From: Eledone cirrhosa
Taxonomy: Eukaryota
Direction: 5' to 3'
DNA length: 64,000 nucleotides
Assembly (NCBI GenBank): GCA_964016885.1
Contig: OZ024744.1
Location: forward strand, 74,152,001 to 74,216,000
Shown: positions 7,073 to 16,700 of the stretch, one piece after another
Position numbering within the stretch: position 1 is the stretch's first letter
Layout: every line of letters begins with the position of its first letter
Made by a program: the position numbers and the translations under genes
The notes under the pieces: model-generated
Seen by the model: only the letters and a program-made list of their open reading frames with translations
Told to the model about the DNA's origin: nothing
Databases searched by the model: none

Positions 7073-10000
7073 CTACTGACATACATTCAGAGTGGTCCCA
7101 TTCACTCGGACCATTCTCGCTACATTCACCCACCTTTCAACAAACTTGCTAGAAGGCAGCACTTGCCTCTCCACCCTGATTTTTCTCTTCAAGTGAAACT
7201 TGAAAAAGTTAATTAGGGATTCGCCGAAGAGGAAAGTGTCTGCTTTAACCCTTTTAACCTTGTCCACCACACAATCTCTATTGCCATGGCCACCAGGCAG
7301 ATGAAAACCGCCTGCCCTTCCTCCTCGAAGAAAGACGGCGAGACCATCTGCACAATGGACTCAGTCGACAACCGGATCAGTCCTACACGCGACAGCAACT
7401 GTTCGACATAGCTCCACAAGTCAGCAATGCTCGGGCACTGAACGAGTGCGTGCACGACGGTTTCGTCGCTCTGCGCACATCTCGGACAAGCTCGACTGAC
7501 GGCACTTCCGTGCCTGTAGAGCTTATCTCGAACCGGCAGCACTGTCAGGCCAGGGATTTTGGGAAGTTATCCATAGGTCCCGGGCTGAAAGTTCTCCGGA
7601 AGAGAGCAAACAGCTGATCTTCGATGCCCAAGATCTCTCCGAGAATGTCGTCGCTCTTCCCCTCCACTAGTCCTCTATAGAACGCCGAGGTGGATGTTCC
7701 ACCGATACTGGTGCCCAGCTGGCAGAGGGCAGTGAGCGCCTGGAGACATTCCAGTTTCCAAGCGCTATCCCTCGTTTTATTCCTGACCCAGGACTGCACC
7801 TCCCTCAAGGAGACGAGCTGTGGGAAAACGTGCCTGGCGAACGGCGACCACACCTGTTCACCATCAAGGAAGCTCCAGGGATGTCGCAGCCTCAGCGCAT
7901 GTTTGCGCATCATCAGCCCTGGCATGCCCAGTCCTCCACGCAACGGGTGTTGACAGCAGATGGATCGTCTGACAATGAGAGCGCGTCACTTCCACAAAAA
8001 GCGGAAGAGGAGGCGCTCCATTTTGGTGAGAGTTGGGCTGGAGCAAGGGACGACGGTGAGGCGGTAGCAGATGACGGAATCGATGTACGCATTTGCCACC
8101 TCCGCCCGGCTTTTTAGGGACAGCTTCCTCTCGGCCCATTTCTGTGTGAGGAAGACCACCTTGCTCGTCACCTCGCTCCAGTTTTTCTCCATCTGGAGCA
8201 ATTTAACCGGTCCGCCCGTATAACGCCCCACGACGCTGTCGGACGGCAAGGACTTGCCTCTCCAGGTGCTGAGCTACAAGACCACCTACTTTTCCTGGTT
8301 TATCTTTGCTCCTGTCACCGCTTTGTATTCCTTGAGAGCGGTGCTGAACATCTGGACGTGTCTGCTGCTCGACACCACCACGGTGATGTCGTCAGCGTAA
8401 GCCGACTCGGATTTCCCGCATCCTACTTCGCGTGGGACGCACCTCATCGCCCCCAGTTTGTGCAGTAACGGCTCGAGTGCCAATACGTACAAGAGGGACG
8501 AGACGGGTCAACCCTGGTGGATCGAGCGCATGATGCTGAACGGCTGCGACAGGTGACCGTTCACCTTCACAACTGAGCAGATGTCGTTGTACATCACAGC
8601 GATCCAACCCCTGAAAACGGGCCCGAAATGGGCTGCCTCGAGGACCGCCGCCTGGTACCGATGGTCGACCCTATCGAATGATTTGCACTGACCCAAGTTG
8701 ATCAGCGCCCCACCCGTGCCAGGTTCCTTAACCAGCCTCTCTATGATGTATCGCATGAGGTGGTGGTTGTCGTGTATGGATCTGTCCGGAATGGCGCATC
8801 ACTGCGCCTCTCCCACCAGACCCTTGACGACAAGCACCAACCTCGTTGCTAACACCTTGGCCAAAATCTTGAACTCTGCGTTTAGCAGGGTTATGGGCCT
8901 GAAGTTATACCTAACACCCCCCTTGGTCGGGTCTTTTCTCAGCAGAGCCACCGCTCCCCGGCTCACAAAACTGGGATTTCTCCTGTTCTGCTGCCTGTTG
9001 CAGTAGACGTCTGCCAAGTGTCTCCGAACAAGTCTAGTATAAATCCATAAAGCTCTTAGGGCAGACCATCCAAACCTGGCGATTTACCCCTCGTGCAGTT
9101 AGCCATCGCCTCCCGTATTTCACCGGCTGTTATTCGCGTTTCGCAACACTGTGCTGCGGTCGTCGAGAGCCGAGGCAGTCCGTCGAGGTATGCAATGAAG
9201 TCCATTCCCCGATCCGGCCCGCCGCTGCTCCCGAACAGTTCAGCAAAGTGATGTTGATCAGCTTCACACATCTGCTCGGGTTCGAACAACACGCGCCCGT
9301 TTTGGTCAGATAAAGACCGAATTGTGTCTTTGTTAACATGTCGCGCCTCTGCCACCCATTGGACGGCTTTTGTCCCCTCGTGTTTCAGAGCACGCTCTAG
9401 CTCTGACAACGTAGCCTTCGTGTTTTGCGTTGAAGAATTGGTCGAGTGTCAATCTCGCCGCAAGCACGTCGGTTGCGATGCCTGTCCTAAACGCCTCTTC
9501 TAGCTTTCTGACTAGATCTCCCTCTACTCTATTTTCCTCTACCACATGTCCTTTGCTAAACCTAATCGACTCTGCTTTACTTGCCCTTTTCTGGGCACCT
9601 GTTGTTGACGACCGCTCCCGTCAACGCCCGCTAAAGTAATACCTAATCCGGTCTCTGTAGGCTTTGCGCGCCGGGAAAGACGCGTTCAGCTTCCAGTAAC
9701 CGGGTCCTTGTCTATGAAGTCTGACTATGTCGATCTCACAGATCACAAATTTGTGGTCTGGGTAGTCGACTATTTTAAATTGTGGACAACTTATACTAGC
9801 CTTATCTAGTTCCCTGCAGAATACTCTATGGAGATACGATCTGGATGACCCCATGCGGTTTGTTCATGTTCACATTGGCACATTCGGGTGATCCAGTCGA
9901 TACCTCTAAGACAGTTCAAAACGTCTGAGCAGGTTGGTGAGGCTCTTGCACCCTCCTCCCCTATCCACTAACCCCACACAATCCCAGCGTGCATCCAATA

Positions 10001-10413
10001 TACCGTTCCAGACGCCCACTAACAATAAAGAGCGGGACGTTCCAAGAAAGGTCTCTAGACGTCTAAAGAAATCTGGCCGTCCTGTACCTGTCGGGGCATA
10101 GACGGCTACTAGCCTGAAAGCGTTGCCTTCGGTGCCGGTCACGTCCAGCACTACCGACTTACCTTCTGGGTCTAGGAAGATGGTCCGTATGGCGAGATCC
10201 AATCCTCTCCGAAAAAGGACGGCAACCCCTCCCCCCGATCCTGGACGGCTGGGAGATGAGTTTACATCGTAGCCGCTGAAGATCGGTGCAAAGGCTCGTG
10301 CTTTGGAGATTCTGGTCTCGCTGTTGGCCACCACATCTATGTTTAGGTGACCCTGCTTCCAAGATGAGCCCAGGCCACGTGCATTTATACTGCCGTATTC
10401 TGAGTACGGCCAT
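7073..10413 (-). pseudogene. ORF2 (APE endonuclease, reverse transcriptase, zf-RVT-like CCHC) with many frameshifts and stops
   Basis: Fragments in order: MAVLRI/GSINARGL, SETRI, GGVAVLF, VYAP, LVGVWN, YPDHK, GYWKLN (APE); KSPGLDGLP, NFRPITLLNAEFKILAK, KSFDRVDH, SIHQG, YADD (8399-8388), KINQEK, RGGLG (RT); CPRCAQSDETVVHALVQC. The probable C-terminus lies in track ORF 7073..7270. Confidence 0.9.
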
Positions 10414-10449
10414 GTTCGATGAGAAACTGGGCAAGTGAGAAAGGGTCAC

Positions 10450-12090
10450 TTTCCTTGATCGTGTGGTAAAGGGACAGTAGAACCGTCCCGTTCGCTGGTC
10501 ATGGGTGTTTCCAAGAGGATGTGAGTGTATATCCTCTTGGTAACCGACCCGCCGAAGTCTCCAACTGCGTTGGAGAATTTTCGTTTTAAAGGTTTGTACT
10601 GTTCTATTGAGATTTCAATGATGCTTATGTTTGTCTGGAGAGTTCTTGGTGTTGGTGGGGTGTAGTAGTTTTTTTCTGTGATGTATGTGTGCTGCTTTAT
10701 ATATTATATGAGTTCTTTTTTTGCCATGTTTATGGCTGTGTACTTTTTCATGGGAGGGTGATTTTGTTGCTGTTTTCTTCTTGTTGCTGTTTGGTGTGTG
10801 TGTCTTGTGTTTGCGTTTTTGGTGTTTTTGGTGAGGCTGGTGGTGGTGTGGTTGTTGTTGTCAGTGGTGCTTGTGGTGGTGGTCGTGGTGGTGTTGCTGC
10901 AAGTTTCCTTGCTGCCTTTACCCCTCTTTGTATGCCTTCGCTTTTGGAAGATGAATCTAATGGTTTTTTCGTTTTTGTTTTTCGTGGCAGACCGTTTGCC
11001 ACTTTACTCCCGCCTCAAACTCCCTGTCGGATTCTGTGGCGTCTGGGAGGGGTATCTGCTCCACGGCTGTTGGTGGTAGTGGAACCCTCTTCGGCAATTC
11101 TGTTGCTGGTGTAGCTACTTCAAATGTAGCTATTGGTGTTGCCGCCACTGATGCTGCTGCTTTAGTTGTCCGTGGCCTTGGTACGGGTGCTACAGACGTT
11201 GCCCTCCTACTCGCCGTGGAAGGGACTTCTTCGTTTGTTGACTGCCCTACTCTTGGTAGCAGCGGACCAGGTATTGGAAGGAGAGAGGCCTTCTTCGCTG
11301 TCTCCTGCGGGCAAAAGGCCCCGAGGTGACCCTTCGACCCACAGAGATAACATTTTGGCCATCTTCCTTCTACACTTATAGGGAGTTGGAGTCCTTCCTC
11401 GATATCTATGATATCGGGGATAGCGTCGATACATTACTGGTCAGTTTGTATAAGCATTTGCATGCCTATACCTGACCAGTTCTCTCTCCATATGTTTTCT
11501 ACTTGCAGCATGGTCGTCCTGTTCTCGATTCCAGCAAGGACAGACGCGGCCAGCCAAGGTATGGGCACGTCGGGTGGGACCTGGGTCACTTTGACCCTCA
11601 CAATTTTCTGCCCGCAGTAGGAGGGCACCAAGACTATCTCCTCACTCTTTAGGGTTTCCAAAGAGTGAGACTTTGCTTCCTGGGAGGTGGCGAAAAGTAC
11701 GTCTACTGTGGCGTACATTCTGCCTCGGGTGATGTGGGTTTTGCGTGCCCAGACGCACCCCAAGGCCTTTTGGATTTGAGCCTCCGTGGCTCTCTCCACA
11801 CGATGTGAGATTTTGCTTACGGTACGGAAAGTCACCGTCCGTAGCTGCTGGTCCTTGAAAAAATCGGGTGAAGGTTTCAGGGAGCTTATTGTCACCGTGT
11901 CCTTGAGACTGCCATCTCCTCCTCTGTGACTAACACTGTCTCGATATTTTGGGCGACACCTGCAAAAGAAGTGGACCATTTTTCAGCAGCACCACTATTG
12001 CTGCCGTTACTGGTCTTACTGGTGGTCCTGAGATCGCTATTACAGGTATCGATGTCATTGTTGTTGTTTTCGTTGGTACAGTTGTTGGTG
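10450..12090 (-). pseudogene. ORF1 (gag-like nucleic-acid-binding protein with CX2CX4HX4C knuckle), disrupted
   Basis: The frame of track ORF 11434..11979 continues past a TAA into CIDAIPDIIDIEEGLQLPISVEGRWPKCYLCGSKGHLGAFCP, then a P/T/A/K-rich tail (track ORFs 10957, 10748). An N-terminal TSFAGVA segment lies in an adjacent frame. Both ends are approximate. Confidence 0.78.
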
Positions 12091-12107
12091 TTGATAATAA
12101 TAATAGT

Positions 12108-12633
12108 AAGTAAACAATTTATCACATTCTGAGAAATGGTATGAGCATAAGCCAGAGTTGGTGATAGAAAACGATCAGGTGAAGGTGCTATGGGATTTTG
12201 GGATACAGACAGACAAGAAACTGGAACACAATAGACCTGACCTGGTGGTTTTGGACAAGTAAAAAAGATCATGCCTGATTGTAGATGTAGCCTGCCCATT
12301 GACACAAGAGTGCAAGAAAAGGAGAGGGAGAAAATTAACCGATACCAGGACTTAAAGTGGGAGGTAAAAAGGATTTGGAACTGCCATGCAGTCAAAGTGG
12401 TCCCGATTGTCATAGGCGCACTAGGTACTATCTCAAAGAATTTCCAAGGATGGTTAAAGAAGATTGGTCCAGCCCCGCTTTTTGGAACACTTCAAAAGGC
12501 TGGGAACAGCAAGAACCCTCCGATACGTCCTGCATATCTGAGGCTGCAGGTAGCGGCTTGATATTCATTTCAACAAACTCTCCAGTTAAATAACATCAAT
12601 GACTGAGACTCAAAGAACAATAATAATAATAAT
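12108..12633 (+). mobile_element. 5'-truncated second copy (~525 bp) of the R4/Dong family: RLE domain, 3' UTR and (AAT)n
   Basis: Colinear with ~3762-4290 (aagtaaacaattta.cacattctgagaa.tggtatgagcataagccagag...caatgactgaga.tcaaaga). It has an 8-nt deletion near 12500, a TAA repeat on the 5' side (12094-12107) and (AAT)5 at 12619-12633. Confidence 0.93.
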
Positions 12634-12754
12634 CAGTCGAAGTGTTTCATCAAATCATAACAATGGCTTCAATGTCTCCACAATGATTTGACCTTCGTCA
12701 TTCTTTTCAAACAATGAAAAAGACGCCCATGCACTGATATTTCGATTAACACTT

Positions 12755-12768
12755 ACCAGATGGCGCTG
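12755..12768 (+). promoter_or_regulatory. CTCF-like motif ACCAGATGGCGCTG
   Basis: Close visual match to the CTCF core consensus CCASYAGRKGGCRS. Single motif match with no functional evidence. Confidence 0.3.
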
Positions 12769-12902
12769 ATTTTTGTCGTTGTATTAGTTTTGTCTTGTTT
12801 TGTTTTTAATGAGTGTATTCGTTTTGGTCATGACTGATTTATATAAAACATATCTATTACCAAGAGACGTCATCTTACACAAAAAACATAGCATCTTTAC
12901 TG

Positions 12903-13385
12903 CTACCATACCATGCTGTAAGATGTCATATCATGCCGTAATATGTCATACCACACTATACCATGCCATACTATACTATACCACAGTATACCTTACTATA
13001 CCATACCATACCATATCACACTACACCATACCACTACTAAGCCAAACCATACCAAACTACACTATAGTAAACATACCTTACAATACTATACTATACCTTA
13101 CCTTACCCTTACCATACCACACTTTATCATACCATATCACACCATACCACACCATACTATACTATACCATACCATACTAAGTCATACCATACCATACCTA
13201 ACCATACCATACCACACTATACCATACTATACGACACCATACCACACCTTACCGTACCATACCCCACTATACCATCACATACTATACCATAATATACTAT
13301 ACAATACTACACTATACCATAGCATACTAGACAATGCTACACTATACCATACTATACCACACTATACCATACTATACCACACCAT
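12903..13385. repeat. Degenerate pentanucleotide microsatellite (CCATA/CTATA/CCACA)n
   Basis: 5-bp periodicity, e.g. ataccataccataccata and actataccatactataccacactataccat. Confidence 0.9.
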
Positions 13386-13745
13386 CTCAACAACGTCACC
13401 ATCACAACTGACATCACTCTGACAAGCTGCATCACCACCACAAAATGCATCGTCTCGCAACAACATCACATCACAACATCATAACCATCACAACCAACAT
13501 CTCCAACACAACCAACATAACCATCACAACCAACATCCGCAACACAACCAACATCACAAACAACAACATCACCATGACATAAGATCACAACAACATAACC
13601 ATCACAACAACATAACCATCACAACCAGCATCTTCAACACAACCAACATCACAAACACACAACATCACATCACAACAACAGCCATCAACATCACAATATC
13701 ACAACATCACAACATCACAACCATAATCACCATCACAACTAGTGT
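13386..13745. repeat. C/A-rich low-complexity tract (CATCACAAC-like) with a 36-bp subrepeat
   Basis: cataaccatcacaacca.catc..caacacaaccaa at 13480, 13516 and 13611; very few G on the + strand. Confidence 0.85.
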
Positions 13746-16700
13746 CACCCTCACAAAATCACTATTCACATGTCAACCATGCTAGAGTCTAGCTAGTTGA
13801 GATGGTATAGCTGCTAAACCATCACAATCACCATTCACATATCAACCATGCTAGAGTCTAGCTAGTTGAGATGGTATAGCTGAAAAACCAGCACAATCAC
13901 TATACACATATCAACCATGATAGAGTCTAGCTAGTTGAGATGGTATAGCTGCTAAACGATCACAATCACCTTTCTAATTTCAACCATGCTAGAGTGTAGC
14001 TAGTTGAGATGGTATAGCTGCTAAACCATCACAATCACCATTCACATATCAACCATGCTAGAGTCTATCTAGTTGAGATGGCATAGCTACTAAACCATCA
14101 CAATCACCATTCACATATCAACCATGCTAAAGTCTAGCTAGTTGAGATGGTATGGCTGCTAAACCATCACAATCACCATTCATATATCAACCATGCTAGA
14201 GTCTAACTAGTTGAGATGGTATAGCTAATAAACCATCACAATCACCATTCAAATATGAACCATGCTAAAGTCTAGCTAGTTGAGATGGTATGGCTTCTAA
14301 ACCATCACAATCACTATTCATGTATCAATGAGGTTAGACTCTAGCTAGTTGAGATGGTATAGCTGCTAACCCATCACCATCACTATTCATATATCAACCA
14401 TGACAAAGTCTAGCTAGTTGAGATGGTATAGCTGATAAACCATCACAATCACCATTCACATATCAACCATGCTAGAGTCTAGCTAGTTGAGATGGTATAG
14501 CTGCTAAACCATCACAATCACCATTCACATATCAACGATGCTAGAGTCTAGCTAGTTGAGATGGTATAGCTACTAAACAAACACAATCACTATTCACATT
14601 TCAAACATGCTAGAGTCTAGCTAGTTGAGATGGTATAGCTGCTAAACTATCACAATCACTATTCACATATCAACCATGCTAGAGTCTAGCTAGTTGATAT
14701 GGTATAGCTGCTAAACCATCACAATCACCATTCGCATATCAACCATGCTAGAGTCTAGCTAGTTGAGATGGTAAAGCTGGTAAACAATCACAATCACTAT
14801 TCACATTTCAACCATGCTAGAGTCTAGCTAGTTGAGATGGCATAGCTGCTAAACCATCACAATCAATATTCATATATCAACCATGCTAGAGTCTAGCTAC
14901 TTGAGAAGGTATAGCTGCTAAACCATCACAATCATTATTCACATACCAACCATGCTAGAGTCTAGCTAGTTGAAATGGTATAGCTGCTAAACCATCACAA
15001 TCACCATTCACATATCAACCATGCTAGAGTCTAGCTAGTTGAGATGGTATAGCTGCTAAACCATCACAATCACCATTCACATATCAACCATGCTAGAGTC
15101 TAGCTAGTTGAGATGGTATAGCTGAAAAACCAGCACAATCACTATTCACATATCAACCATGCTAGAGACTAGCTAGTTGAGATGGTATAGCTGATACACC
15201 ATCACAATCACCATTCACATATCAACCATGCTAGAGTCTAGCTAGTTGAGATGGTATAGCTGATAAACCATCACAATCACCTTTCACATTTCAACCATGC
15301 TAGAGTGTAGCTAGTTGATATGGTATAGCTACTAAACCATCACAATCACCATTCCCATATCAACCATGCTAGAGGCTAGCTAGTTGAGATGGTATAGCTG
15401 CTAAACCATCACAATAACCTTTCACATATCAACCATGCTAGAGTCTAGCTAGTTGAGAAGGAATAGCTGATAAACCATCACAATCATTATTCACATACCA
15501 ACCATGCTAGAGTCTAGCTAGTTGAGATGGTAAGCTGCTAAACCATCACAATCACCATTCACATATCAACCATGCTAGAGTCTAGCTAGTTGAGATGGTA
15601 TAGCTGATAAACCATCACAATCACCATTCACATATCAACCATGCTAGAGTCTAGCTAGTTCAGATGGTATAGCTGCTAAACGATCACAATCACCTTTCTA
15701 ATTTCAACCATGCTAGAGTGTAGCTAGTTGAGATGGTATAGCTGCTAAACCATCACAATCACCATTCACATATCAACCATGCTAGAGTCTATCTAGTTGA
15801 GATGGTATAGCTACTAAACCATCACAATCACCATTCACATAACAACCATGCTAAAGTCTAGCTAGTTGAGATGGTATGGCTGCTAAACCATCACAATCAC
15901 CATTCATATATCAACCATGCTAGAGTCTAACTAGTTGAGATGGTATAGATACTAATCCATCACAATCACCATTCAAATATGAACCATGCTAAAGTCTAGC
16001 TAGTTGAGATGGTATGGCTTCTAAACCATCACAATCACTATTCATGTATCAATGAGGTTAGACTCTAGCTAGTTGAGATGGTATAGCTGCTAACCCGTCA
16101 CCATCACTATTCGTATATCAACCATGACAAAGTCTAGCTAGTTGAGATGGTATAGCTGCTAAACCATCACAATCACCATTCACATATCAACCATGCTAGA
16201 GTCTAGCTAGTTGAGATGGTATAGCTGCTAAACCATCACAATCACCATTCACATATCAACGATGCTAGAGTCTAGCTAGTTGAGATGGTATAGCTACTAA
16301 ACAAACACAATCACTATTCACATTTCAAACATGCTAGAGTCTAGCTAGTTGAGATGGTATAGCTGCTAAACCATCACAATCACTATTCACATATCAACCA
16401 TGCTAGAGTCTAGCTAGTTGATATGGTATAGCTGCTAATCCATCACAATCACCATTCGCATATCAACCATGCTAGAGTCTAGCTAGTTGAGATGGTAAAG
16501 CTGGTAAACAATCACACTCACTATTCACATTTCAACCATGCTAGAGTCTAGCTAGTTGAGATGGTATAGCTGCTAAACCATCACAATCAATATTCATATA
16601 TCAACCATGCTAGAGTCTAGCTACTTGAGAAGGTATAGCTGCTAAACCATCACAATCACTATTCACATACCAACCATGCTAGAGTCTAGCTAGTTGAAAT

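Larger units (their letters stand above)
6924..12093 (-). mobile_element. L1/Tx1-type non-LTR retrotransposon with two ORFs, decayed
   Basis: ORF1 with a gag-like CCHC knuckle; ORF2 with APE endonuclease, RT and a C-terminal Zn motif; ~150-nt 3' UTR ending at (TA)n. The 5' end is lost or interrupted at the (TAA)n/Dong junction near 12094. Confidence 0.88.

Noticed and set aside
4262-7079. Track ORFs with poly-I or (YI)n runs (4262..4450, 6819..7079, 6851..7045)
   Set aside because: They are artefacts of the (AAT)n and (AT)n microsatellites.
12800-13422. Track ORFs encoding Y/H/T/I/P-rich proteins
   Set aside because: They are translations of the (CCATA)n pentamer repeat, which is stop-poor by composition.
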